From the NCBI RefSeq assembly GCF_030684315.1, contig NC_081378.1:35016252-35080251 (forward strand): 64,000 nt of DNA, given 5' to 3'. Positions within the stretch are counted from its first letter, which is position 1; each line of letters starts with the position of its first letter. Source of the stretch: Stegostoma tigrinum. Taxonomy: Eukaryota. The position numbers and the translations under genes were made by a program. Shown here piece after piece: positions 1 to 11,836 of the stretch. The notes under the pieces were generated by a model that was not told the origin of the DNA, ran no database searches, and saw only the letters and a program-made list of their open reading frames with translations.

Positions 1-2169
1 CACATTCATTTTTTGTATTCCTCCTTATTTCCAAGGGCATAACTGTTGTCGAGTACTCCACTACCCCAATGTCCCTATAACACCTTTGTGTTAATGCATT
101 TTTCATAATATTCTCAAACTCAGTACTCAGATCCTTGATGTTTAGGTCACTTAACCGGCAGATGGAACCCCTGGCTAAGGCAAGTAAATCCTTCTTGCAC
201 ATATATTTCTTACTGCTAGTTTTCTTTGTTTGAGTATTTTTGGTTAGAGATTCAATTTTAGTGCTGCTGGCTCAAAGGTGGCTAAATCTTGAACCAGAAA
301 ACCCAAATCGATTTGTTAGCAAAAGCCATCTTGATACATGTAAATTAATAGGAAAAGAAATGTAAATGTTAAATGTGGTTCCAATTGTCCATAAGAAAGG
401 CAGGATCAAGCCAGATTTCAAAAAGAAAATCTAAAATATTTTGCTTTAGCACAGATCCAGCTTATAATTGCTTCAAAAATATCCTGAGAAAATGTGCATG
501 TCTTTGTGGAAAACTCTACTTACCAAAAAACAAGACAACCAACACTATAATTATAGTGAGAAATGCTCTATTCCAGTAAGAAGCAATTTTCTCCCATAAA
601 CGGAAATTGAAAACTTTTAACCACCTGAAACACAACCACAAATCAGAATTTAAATTTAAGATCATCACCAAAGGAACAAAAAAACATAATTAAAAATGTG
701 TTTGTTACATAGAATTTGCAGGATTGAAAGAAATCATTTAACGTAAAGGAACCACCTCCTACCATATCAGGACATCCACCTTTTTCCTTTATGTATTGAT
801 TTGGCCTTATCTTAAAAGTCATCTATGCCATTCGTTTCAATCAGTCTGTGTACCAGCAAGTTCCAAATTTAACCACTTTCTGTGAAAAGCGTGTCCTGAA
901 TTACGCATAAGATTCATTAATGACTATCTCATATTTTGTTAACTACGCATTCTAGATTCCTTAAAAAGGGATTTATGAAGTTGATTCTATCAACCTACTT
1001 CATAAATTTAAAAGGCCTTCATTGAGTTACCTTTCAACTCACCTCTTCCAGAGAATAGAGCTCATACTGTTAATTATTTATTGTGGGTTATTCAATTCTG
1101 TCATAATCATTGCAAATTATTTTTGCACCTTCTCAAGTGCTTTTATATTATTTCTTTAATTTGGAGACTGGGTCAGACTTGCCCGGACCAAAGCTTGGCT
1201 CAAAGGCATTAAATGGGCTTTAAAAATTGTGGGCAGAACCTGAGTCAGGGATTTCCTGTAAACAGCAGAAAAACAGCATTGTCAAAACTTAAGTCATTGG
1301 CTGCATTAGAATAGATTTTTTAACTGGACAAAATATTGCATGGTACTGTATAGTATTCAAAGACTTGTCCTGCTTGAAATTGGAGTTACTACGTGAAATG
1401 TGCCCTTTGTTTGTACTTTTTCCTCAAAAAAAGTTCAATCATGTGACTATTTCAAAGCTTGTCTCCAAGCTTCTGACTGTCTTCAAAAGGTTCTAACAGA
1501 TACCGTTCAGAGGAAAGTTGTTACATAGTTGTTCAAGAAATGTAAATTTGTTTGCATATTCCCAATAGATACTGCTCAGTAGGGGTTGTTTATACAATTG
1601 TCCAGTCTGCTTGTTTACCTTTACATGATTTATGAGCTTTTGCAGGGAATTAAGTGGCTGTTCAAGTACATTTTGATTATTTTGACAGATCTGACACCGA
1701 ATCACAATGAGATATCAGGACAGGTCACCAGCAACCTGGCCAAAGAGGTAGGTTGTAAGGAGTGTCTTAAAGGTAGAGAACAAAGAGCACATACGCAGCC
1801 ACAGATACAGGTGTGAACAGTGGTCGCATAAAAAGTCAGAAAGTGCATGAGATCATATTTGGAAGGACTCAGAAATCTCAATAGTTTTGAGGATAGGAGG
1901 AAGTTACAACTAAGGCGGAATTTAACATGTTGATAAAAATGTTAAATGAAAGCTTTGCTGGATCTTAAAACAACCCAGATCAGGGAACAGGGGTAACAGG
2001 TGAATTAACTAAGTGAAAGTTAGGAGATGTGTAGCAGAATTTGGATTAGATTGAGGTTACACAGGGTGGAAGATAGGTGGCCAGTTAGAACAGCATAAAA
2101 CAAATGAGAGATAACAAAAGCATTAATGAGAGTTCACCAGTAGGTGTGCTAAAGCAGTGACACAGTAGG

Positions 2170-2292
2170 TGAAGGGTCTAGGCCCGAAACGTCAGCTTTT
2201 GTGCTCCTGAGATGCTGCTTGGCCTGCTGTGTTCATCCAGCCTCACATTTTATTATCTTGGATTTTCCAGCATCTGCAGTTCCCATTATCTC
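2170..2292 (+). mobile_element. Short PLE 3'-terminal insertion
   Basis: Matches the family 3' end; TSD tgacacagtagg at 2158-2169 and 2293-2304. Confidence 0.88.
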
Positions 2293-3889
2293 TGACACAG
2301 TAGGGCAACTTTGTGAAGATCAAAGTAGGCAGCCTTGATGACGAAACTGTTGACTGGTTGCTTGTTCACATTACAGCAAATATAGCACCAAGTTGCAAAC
2401 ACATTGGTTAAACCTGTTGTTGGAAAGAGGGATAAAGCTGTTGCCAGATAGATGGCTACAGAATGGCATTTCTGGCAGTTATTATAGACAATTGTTTTAG
2501 TCCTCCCAAAATTAAGTATAAGGAATTTTCTACTCATTTAGAAGTAGATGTCAGATTTTGAGGTTGGTTGAGGTTATTATCTAAGAGCTAATGTTTCATC
2601 ATCTGTACCTGGCTCACTAATCAGTCTGACATCATCATAGGTATGGGCTAATCAAGATTCCATGACAGTAGATAATATGTCTGTACCATACACCACTGTG
2701 TTTGATGGGCAAATTTTACTTAGAAAGGCAGTAATAAAGAAAAGTTAATCCAACGCATTTCCTGGAAACTAAGTTCACAGCTGGAAATTGTTACAATTAT
2801 GAGAGTTAAGGGATTCTTATGTTTTGGTACTGTGTAATTTAGGATTGTAAAGAAAGGGAACCACATGACCATTTCTGAAGTCTGTCTGCCCATAGGCCTG
2901 GAGAGGGGCCTATTAAAGTTACAGGAAGACCCAGATTGTTTGCTGGGCAAACGAGTACAATGCTCACAAATGGCTATAATGGCAGCATAATCTATGTTTT
3001 ACACTAGTTAGAACGGTAGCCTCCAATGTCCAAGCAAGGTTAAGAATGACGAGTTGTAAACAACTATGTTTTATATTCTTTATTTAGTTTCAAGACTTTC
3101 AAGAATAGTGCAGCAGTATTTCTTTCTGGATACAAGGTCTACATGACTCATGGTACCATAGGGATAGGCTTTGAACAGACAAGAGTTTCTAATAAATCCC
3201 CAAACTCTCCGACACAGGCAGTCTGCCAGAACCTTGCAGAAAGAGCAACTAGACCTAGAAATTGTCTGTGGTTCACTGCAAAGGAATGCATTTGGGAGTT
3301 TGTACTTGGATTAATAGGACCACATTCATAAGGATTTAAACTGAGGCTGGAAGGTTTGTTTCGCTTGCGCTGAAGAGATAACCTCCCAGAAAATCCCTAC
3401 TATGAAGGTAACTTCTGTGGTTATAATTTACTAGGTTATAAAAGGAAATGAATGCAAGCAAACCCTTGGGAAAGAAGAATCACTTTAATCTAGCTGGGAG
3501 AACAGAATGTCCACTTAAAGTATGTGAATTCCATACATCTGCACTGGGTTCTTTTCAATTGTGATAACTGTAAAATTCAAATGTTCTATTCTATGGTTTA
3601 AAATGTTAACTTACCTCCATAAAAAATGGACTCAATAGTGCCTGTAGTCTGTTTGTCACAGTCGAAGACTTAACATGTGAATTCTTGATGATTCATTCTT
3701 TCAGCTCTTAATTAGAAGTGTTTTTAAAAACGTTTTTGGTTTCTAAGATCATGACTTTTGTCATATATTTATATGCCACAGCTCTAGTAATGTGGACAAC
3801 ATGTATGTGCATGAATTCTGATAATTCTGAACTAGAGAACAGATCCCACTTAGTTTAACATCATAATCAATTGTGTTTGGCAAACCTAC

Positions 3890-3981
3890 CTTCGAGGGGA
3901 GATGAACGGTAAACACAGAAACAAAACGAAGCCAATTTCTGCATACAAGAAAGATGCAACAGCAACCCACTGCAATGTCAT
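3890..3981 (-). CDS. BCAP29: BCAP29 (B-cell receptor-associated protein 29), first coding exon; gene continues off the left edge
   Basis: Reverse strand reads ATG ACA TTG CAG TGG...CCT CGA AG|gtaggt = MTLQWVAVASFLYAEIGFVLFLCLPFISPR(R), the BAP29/BAP31 N-terminus. 92 coding nt; acceptor ttctcctggtag with exon start at 3994 (13 nt UTR). Called BCAP29 rather than BCAP31 from its position downstream of DUS4L. Confidence 0.9.
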
Positions 3982-5879
3982 TTTACTTGATGACCTACCA
4001 GGAGAAACCACAATAGCATAATATATATTAGAATCAGTTCTTCATTTAAAGTATGACTTAATCATTGATGGCAATATCTATTTTCATTTTATTCCGAACT
4101 TGTTCATTGGATGACATGTTCAAACAGTTGCTGAGGACATTCAGTAGAGTGTATACCTCTGCCATGCGATGATACTACATTGACATAGCTATTTCGCGAC
4201 GCTTTTCCCTACCTGGTTAATGCTCTATAACAAAAATCTAAACAAATTGAGGGCTTTCATCAGAAAGGCTTCACAACAATCTACATCCAACTAGCTGCTC
4301 TGAAAACACTCTTCACATTTTGACATCCATGACAAATTTGCATCAGAGCACCTGAGACAATCCATAACATTCTAACATGATCAGCAACATTCTAAGAAGT
4401 GTCAATTGTTGGTATCTTGATCTCAATCTTCACCAAAAACTAATCAGATCTTCCTTGGGTTGGGTCCTGTATGTTTAGCAGGTGTCATTGAAACCTGTTC
4501 ATCAGCTTTTAACTTCACTTCTTCCAGACCGACAGGGGCAAAAATATTGCCATCTCCCACTTTCAGATAGTTTGTAGAAGTAATAAGGCTAAATCCTAAT
4601 GCAAAGGGTTAGGTGCAATTACTTAAAACATTTGCTATAGAATTGAGCCATTAGCTTAATCAAACAGAGATCTTCAGAGTTTTCAAAATGGCCTTTATTG
4701 CTTACTTCAGACAAGTTTTTAATGTTCTACTTGATTCTTCTCCCATTTTTCCTCTTCTCAGGACACCGTTCTAACACTCTTCTCCATTCTCCCTCAGACA
4801 GTTTTAAATCATGCTGTTTAGTTACTGTTATGACGTACCTCTGGAGCAGGTGAGACCTGAACCCAGGCCTCTGGATCAAAGAAAGGAACACGGCCACTGC
4901 ACCATATGGGCCCTTTCTTCTCCCTTACATGCTTGCTCTGCTTCTCTTGAAATGTATATCTTTTGCTTCAAGCACTGACCATTGTAGTAAAATTTGACAT
5001 TATTACACTGTTTCTTCTAAATTCCCTCTCAGATTTCTTAGTGACTATTTATACTGATAGGAAAGAGCATGACAAGGGACTATCAATATACCCTGATGTA
5101 CAAAGCCTAGTAGTACGTGCCCCCATGAAATAAAAATGAACCATATTGTGTCCCAATAAAATATCGCAGTTTAGCCCCACTCGGACATTTTAAATTTGCT
5201 TTATAACAGTAACAATTAGAATTGAAAATTCTAATAGTAGTAGTGATCAACTTGAGACAATTTTTCACATAGTACAGAAGCAATTTTAGACCACAGATTA
5301 ACTCCAGCTGAGTCCAGGGCTGACAGCCCAACTTACTACCTCTAGTTTTCTTTTTGCCCTGCTAAAGTGATGTTTTCGTGAGGCTATATTAAATAAATTC
5401 CAGGGATTATCCAAGTCTGCAGTTTAAAATCTGAGGCAATGACGTGAATAACCCAGAAGAACACAAGAGAAATTTTCTTCAAGCACCTTTTGATTAACAA
5501 AAAAATGTTAAAATGTTGGGAATGAGGATTAAAAAAGAACATATTTGCCTGGGCAAGGCAGTGGAAAGCAGCAAGTCACGTGACAAAATAATTAGGTACC
5601 ATTTGACATTTTAAATTAGCAAACATTCTTCAAGAAAAATTATCACGCCCCAACATGTCAGTGAGTAAATCTGGAATCATTATCAAAGATTGAATCCTTT
5701 AAACACAGAATCAGGTTTCTATCACTCACATAGCATTGAATTGGTCCAATAAAAGTCATGACCAATATTCTTGATGATGGTGCACTACCACACCCCCTGC
5801 ATCCCCCCCCCCCGCCCCGCCCAACCAACCTGCAGCCTTTCACACTACTCTCCTTAACTCAGTTGGCTGAATGGCTAAG

Positions 5880-6045
5880 ATGACAAGGTGTAGAGCTAGA
5901 TGAACACAGCAGGCCAAGCAGCATCATAATTTCTGAAGAAAGGTCTAGGCCCAAAACGTTAGCTTTCCTGCTCGGCCTGCTGTGTCAATCCAGCTCTACA
6001 CCTTATTATCTCAGATTTTTCAGGCTCTGCAGTTCCTACTATCTC
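5880..6045. mobile_element. Older miniature palindromic PLE derivative
   Basis: Diverged inverted arms; TSD tggctgaatggctaag at 5864-5879 and 6046-6061; decayed hammerhead at 5933-5960. Confidence 0.8.
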
Positions 6046-6389
6046 TGGCTGAATGGCTAAGTTTGGTATGCATAATGACACCAACAGTTTGGATATATTT
6101 CTGGATAAATTGTCTAACATTCTGCTAGGTAGTGGATTGATTGAAGCCATCATTTTTATCATTCTCGGTAAATTCTATCTTCTCCTCAGGCACTTTCTCA
6201 AGTTGAACCCAGTTGGTGCACGTTTAACAACGTATTAAGGCCCTTAGCTGACCTACTTTCTCCAGGACAAGTGCCATCAGCCTTCTGTTCAAGTATTGAC
6301 CTGGCTAGTCTCCATCTTTGTAAATGTCAGCTCTTCAAAACCGTTTCTCACATTCTATTGCACAAATTATCCTACTTGTCCACCATTTT

Positions 6390-6680
6390 GGGTAGCATGG
6401 TGTCTCCATGGTTAGCACTGCTGCCTCATAGCACCAGGGACCCAGGTTTGATTCCACTGCCAGGTGACTGTCTGTGTGGACTTTGCACATTCTCCCCGTA
6501 TCTGCGTGGGTTTCCTCTGGGTTCTTCGGTTTCCATCCATAGCTCAAAGATATGTGGGCTAGGTGGAACAGCCATGCTAAACTGCTCATGGTGTTCAGAG
6601 ATGTGGAGATTAGGTAGGTTAAAGGGGGATGGGTTGGTGCAGACTTGTTGAGCCGCAGAGCCTGTTTCCACACTGTAGGG
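6390..6680 (+). mobile_element. tRNA-derived V-domain SINE (HE1-like)
   Basis: A/B-box-like head (tggttagcactgctgcctca...ggtttgattcc) followed by tgtgtggactttgcacattctccccgt..gcgtgggtttcc. Confidence 0.75.
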
Positions 6681-7433
6681 ATTTGATGACGATCTATGAA
6701 TCCTATACACACTAATGCTCTCAATCCTCCAGTGTATTAAATTTTGAGCTAATTTTTGTCTATACATTCCTAACTCCATAATCTTTTCCAGCAAAACAAA
6801 TCCTCTTCAAAATTCTTAATTTCTTTGACCCCAGATTCTTAGGTGTTGTGATGTTGACATTTCCTCCCTAATCTGCATGATGTTATTCATCTGCTGAAGT
6901 GCAGGTATGTGTTACTTAAAGATACCTTCCTCTGCAGGAGGTGGGGCCAAACCAAGGCCTCATGGCTAAGAGGTAGGAACACCACCAAGCACCATAAGAC
7001 TTTTGTGTTTTGCTCAAAGACTACAAAATTGAACAAAAGCAAGCACCAACAATTAACTTTTGAGTAATTCAACTCAAGTCTAGAGGTTTAATCTTGCAGA
7101 AAGCTCAATCAAGATAATGAAAACATCTATAGCTTGAGTTGTTCCTGGAGATTTTATGATATAAAAAATAATTGTTTACTTACTTGTGTTGGTATCTATT
7201 GACACAAAATACTTACATATTTACGTGGAAAGAAGACCTCCTGTAAAATTGCTCATCAAGTCAGAAAACCCATAAGATCGTCAAGATGTTAACCAAAAAT
7301 TAACTTTGAAACTCCTGTTTATTCCATCATTTCAATTTTGCACCATCTTGTGTAATTTAGGAAAATCTTTGCCTCATTTGCACATTTTGATCAGGCACTG
7401 CCAATGCAACTGTTTGGCTTATTCTTTTGGGTG

Positions 7434-7512
7434 GCCGACAGCTATGCTTGTCAGAAAACACTGGATCTCGTCTGATCGTGGAAGCTAAGCAGTCTCAGGC
7501 ATTGGATGGGAA
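7434..7512 (+). pseudogene. 5S rRNA-derived fragment (pseudogene or SINE3-type head)
   Basis: gatctcgtctgatcgtggaagctaagcag...ttggatggga closely matches vertebrate 5S GATCTCGTCTGATCTCGGAAGCTAAGCAG...TTGGATGGGA; diverged 5' end and an internal deletion. Confidence 0.7.
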
Positions 7513-8879
7513 TGTGATTGGGAATAGGAGTAGTAGTAGGCTTACAGCAATTGTGTTGTACTGCAGTGGTCGTGTCCCCACCCCTGAATTGAGAATCCCG
7601 GGTTCAAGCCTCATCTGCTCCAGAGGTGTCTAATAACTTTTCTAAATAGGTTGATTGGAAAGATAGGGTAATATTAAAAATATAGTTCTGGGTGGGGCTT
7701 GTGGTGCGGTGGTTGTACCTCCATTTCTGAACCAGGATTCAAGTTCTGCCTGCTCCAGATGTGTGCAATAACATTTCTAAAGAGGTTATTTAGAAAGTAT
7801 CTATTTGACCCATTGAACAAGCTACGTGAAACCAGTTAGGGAGGGGATTTTCGGTGGGGTGGGCTGGAAGATGTTACTACGTTTCTGACACTGCAGACCA
7901 GGGATCGATACACCAGATCTGAACTAAGCCAACAGGAAAACTGATGTCCAGACCAGTGACAAATAGGTAGATTTCCTCAGTTCATTCAATGAGTAATAGC
8001 CAATTAACAATACTATAGCTCCAAGCAATAAGCAATGGAGTTATGCAAGACAAACCTCCTCTTTATACCCAAACAGTAATGTCAGGATTTGGGCCCTAAT
8101 CCAAGCACGTGCTAAATTCAGATCGAAATAACAATGGTATTCTGCATAGTGGTCATCCAGTCATATTTGGTCTTCTCATTGGATAGGAAGTTGTATTATG
8201 ACCCAATATAGAACACCAAATTGATAGAACAAGTAGCTCATTGTTTTGCAAGGGCTGTTAAGGACTTTGAAAAGAGGAAATAAAGGGAGATTTGTGTCAC
8301 CTATGTTTGCATAGTGCTAGAAGAAAGGGAGAGTTGGGAATGATTAAACATGATTAAGAATGATTAAGGGTTAGACTGCCAGAGGTGGTAATCTTTTCAG
8401 AACGCTGTAATGGTGATGAAGAGGAAGCTATGCTCGGTGACAGTATCAAGTTGAGAGATGGCCAAAGTGATAACAAATAACCTGCTGAATGTGCAGGCTG
8501 GTAGAGAAGGGGAGGATGAGATCTAACTTAATCTTTGCCTAGACTAAAAGATTTCCTTTGTCACTGGTGGAAGAAAAAGGGTAGGACAGAAAAAGGCAGA
8601 AGCAAAGAATACAAGAATGCCAATTCCACAGTTCTTGCTTTATTATCAATTCTCAGCCCAATGGGGACATTCGAAGCTTAGGAGACTGGTGTAACAACTG
8701 TGTATAACTTGGCTTGAAATCCAGCCCATTCTTACGGGATCGTTTGTCTTTTCCTAGAAGGATCTACACAATTCAAAACTGCAGCTTCTCTTCAATTTGC
8801 ATGAAACAAAACTGGCAACACTTGGTAGTTTCCATCAGATACCAGAGGAAAAACATGACTATTGTAGAGCAGAACTTTC

Positions 8880-9790
8880 TGGTCGTAGACATACTCACTG
8901 AGCCAGTGCATTTCACTGCAAACATTTCATCATCCTGCTAGGTAACATGATCAGTATGCCTCTGGTGAAGCATCAGTGTTCTGTCCCACTATGCCTGGGG
9001 TATTTGGTATTACTTCCGGTTTTGTTTCTCAGTGGTTTGTACACAGGGTCTAATTCAATGTGTTTGTGATGGAGTTCCAATTGGAATGCCAGGCCTTCAG
9101 GAATTCCCTGGTGTCTCTGTTGGCTTGTACGCTTATCAAGGTGTTGTTCCAGTCAAATTTGCGAAACTCATTGTCCGTGTGTAGCAAGACAAGTGAGAAT
9201 TGGTTGTGTCTTTCGGTGGCTAATGGTGTTCATTTATCCGTATAGTCAATTTTCTTCCAGTTTAGTCTATGTAGTGTTTCTCACAGTCTTGCATGGTATT
9301 TTGTATATTACACCAGTTTTGCTGTTTTTGGGTATGAGTAAACAAAATAGGACATGCAAAGACTTGTGAGAAACACTACGTAGCCAAACTGGAAGAAAAT
9401 TGACTACATGGATACATGAACACCAACTAGCCACCAAGAAAGACTATCAATTCTCACTTGTCTCACTATACACAGACAATGGGGAACACTAATTTGACTG
9501 TGCTAACACGTCGATAATTGCACAAGCCAAAACAGACTCACCAGGGAATTCCTGGAAGCCTGGTATTCCATCCAGAACTCCATCAACAAAAACAATGAAT
9601 TAGACCCAATGTACAAACCACAGAAACAAAACCAGAAGTAATACCAACCACCCCAGCAAATACAGGCATACAAATAACAAGCAGGACAGAATATCAGCGC
9701 TTCACCACAGGTGCAGTAATGAAACATTTGCAACCAAACCCACCGGCTCGGTGAGCATGTTTATACCTCATCCACAACCCAAGCTACAGA
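8880..9790. mobile_element. Degenerate Poseidon-like PLE inverted pair
   Basis: About 9245-9295 is the reverse complement of ~9353-9404, with homology extending outward; plus arm contains REFLEAWYS-like GIY-YIG C-terminus; decayed hammerhead at ~8920-8954 on minus. Confidence 0.7.
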
Positions 9791-10438
9791 AGTTCCCAAT
9801 CTTTAGGCAAAACCTTTGTTTTAAGAATGGCATTTAACAACATTAGTTAGGAATAATATCAGCACCAATGAATGTTTTTTTTAAGTAGAGAACAAATGCA
9901 GGTCCAAGCATTAGGAATTCAAAGTTGAGTAGAGGTTAGAGAAATTGGATTTTAAAAAATTGAAACAGACCTTGTAACTTTCATTAAGTTTACAAAATTT
10001 GACCCAAATTGTTCATGAATGAATAATTAGATAATAGGAAGCACAATTAAAAAACTCAACTGTGGAATAAACAGGGAAATTGGGTTACAAAACAATAAAA
10101 CTGTCAATTAGTTGTCAGATCGCACAACTGAAGCTGGGGAAAAAGAACTACTAGTCACATGGATGATTTTCTCAGGAAAAACGATCAATACAATCTGCAA
10201 GAGATATGATAGACTTGTCAATGAAAAGGCTAGATGGGTTCAACCAAAGCACAAGGTAAACATCATACTCTGGAGTTCTGTTTTATTGATGTCATATAGA
10301 CATTTTCAATAGTATTCATTTCAGCATTGTACATGTTTACACATTAATGGGTGGGGGGAGCCTGAGGGCAAGAGGCACGGAAACATGCGCAGACTAATTA
10401 TTATTCCAACTCAAGAGGCGAGGACTACCTAGCCCAAG

Positions 10439-10644
10439 ATAATAAAATGTGAGCCTGGATGAACACAGCAGGCCAAGCAGCATCTCAGGAGCACAAAAGC
10501 TGACGTTTCGGGCTGATGAAGGGTCTAGGCCCGAAACGTCAGCTTTTGTGCTCCTGAGATGCTGCTTGGCCTGCTGTGTTCATCCAGCCTCACATTTTAT
10601 TATCTTGGAATTCTCCAGCATCTGCAGTTCCCATTATCTCTGAC
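10439..10644. mobile_element. Miniature palindromic PLE derivative
   Basis: Near-perfect inverted arms of ~75 bp; TSD actacctagcccaag at 10424-10438 and 10645-10659. Confidence 0.9.
10513..10540 (+). ncRNA. Minimal hammerhead ribozyme motif (PLE-associated)
   Basis: CUGAUGA-A-GGGU(CUAG)GCCC-GAAA-CG-UC: intact core, 4-bp stem II, palindromic ACGU in place of stem III. Confidence 0.7.
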
Positions 10645-10959
10645 ACTACCTAGCCCAAGTCGGTTTTCCCCCTAAATTATTTACTTTTTAAAAAAATCCT
10701 CCTGTGGGCTCGCACCTCCAGCATAGCTGCACTAGAGATTCGAAGAGCACAGATTAAAAAAAAACTAGCAGAACTTCCGTGACTTTGCAGTTAGGTTTAC
10801 CATTCAGCCTCCCAAGAATAAGTCTTTACTAAATAAGGGCATAATTTGCATGGGAGGGGACAATTGACACTAACCATTCTCCTCGCACGCATGAAAATCA
10901 ACAACCACCAGGGAAGTGACAGTGAGCAAGACAGATCTCACGGCTTCAGGGCCTTAGAG

Positions 10960-11380
10960 GTAAAAGACCTGTGAAGCTCGCCCGTGCTGTGCTGTGGGGA
11001 GTAATGTGGGCCGCGCCCACTCTTCCACAACGGCGCCGGTTCTGCAAAGGGAATCTGCAGCGGCTCCTCCGTAACTTAATGAGAAATAAAACCACCAGGC
11101 AGCCCCTCAAACTGCGCCACAGTCTCCCAGCGCTCTGCGAACGGGTCTAAAACACCGAACAGACGGAAACTCCAGACAGCCCCGACTTGCCTTTTCAAAC
11201 CGTTTCCAGCAATACTACCGAAACCAAGCTCTTACCTTGCGAACGGCACTGCGCCTGCGCGCGATCCAAATCGACGTCCCGCCCCCAAACCGAGCGTCGT
11301 CCTCGGCGTCAAATTACACCTCCATGTAGAACTATAGCCCGGTCCTCCTCATTCCAAAATCGTGTCCGAATCTGTGATGC
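10960..11380 (-). promoter_or_regulatory. BCAP29: CpG island, probable BCAP29 promoter and non-coding exon 1
   Basis: Local CpG/GC enrichment; NRF1-like TGCGCCTGCGC at 11250-11260; strong minus-strand donor GCAAG|GTAAGA (exon ends 11236) that could join the acceptor at 3994. Confidence 0.7.
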
Positions 11381-11808
11381 GTTGTATAGGGCATTTCTCT
11401 CGACTGTACTGGTATTAACTATACCCTGAAAAAAATAAACCTTACAATGAAAAAATGGAATGAGCGTTCTCAAATGTTTGTCAATAATACCTTGTACCAG
11501 CAATTTTTTGGTCCATTTGTGTGCTATTGACATTGATCTGTATCAATTGACCATCAATAGTTGTTCTTCCAAAGTTGGTATTGAAATGTCATCCACAATG
11601 ATTGGAGAGACCAGCACAATAATTCAAAATACAACGTTGAAGCATTTATACAATTAATGGTTGTGTTGTAGAATAGAGGGGCCTTGGAGTGCAGGTACAT
11701 AGTTTTTTGAAGTTTGCGTCGCATCTCGGCAGCATGGTTAAAAAGGTAATGAAATGTGAGGCTGGATGAACACAGCAGGCCCAGCAGCATCTCAGGAGCA
11801 CAAAAGCT

Positions 11809-11836
11809 GACGTTTCGGGCCTAGACCCTTCATCAG
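11809..11836 (-). ncRNA. Minimal hammerhead ribozyme motif
   Basis: Reverse complement = ctgatgaagggtctaggcccgaaacgtc. Confidence 0.72.

Noticed and set aside
2600-3000. Possible Gypsy RNase H relic on minus (YTVPKHKNPLTL...FSLLLPF)
   Set aside because: The resemblance is too degenerate to support without an HMM search.
1-3889. BCAP29 next coding exon
   Set aside because: I could not find a WQKIF...FLD-like exon on the minus strand by eye; it probably lies left of the window.
6271-6794. Three overlapping 122-129 aa ORFs
   Set aside because: They coincide with a tRNA-derived SINE and show no recognisable protein or splice structure.
7434-7512. Functional 5S rRNA gene
   Set aside because: Too short, internally deleted, diverged at the 5' end and lacking the 3' end and T-run terminator.
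10439-10644. DNA-transposon MITE or rho-independent terminator
   Set aside because: The arms match the PLE 3' end, the ends are asymmetric, and the 15-bp TSD does not fit common MITE superfamilies.
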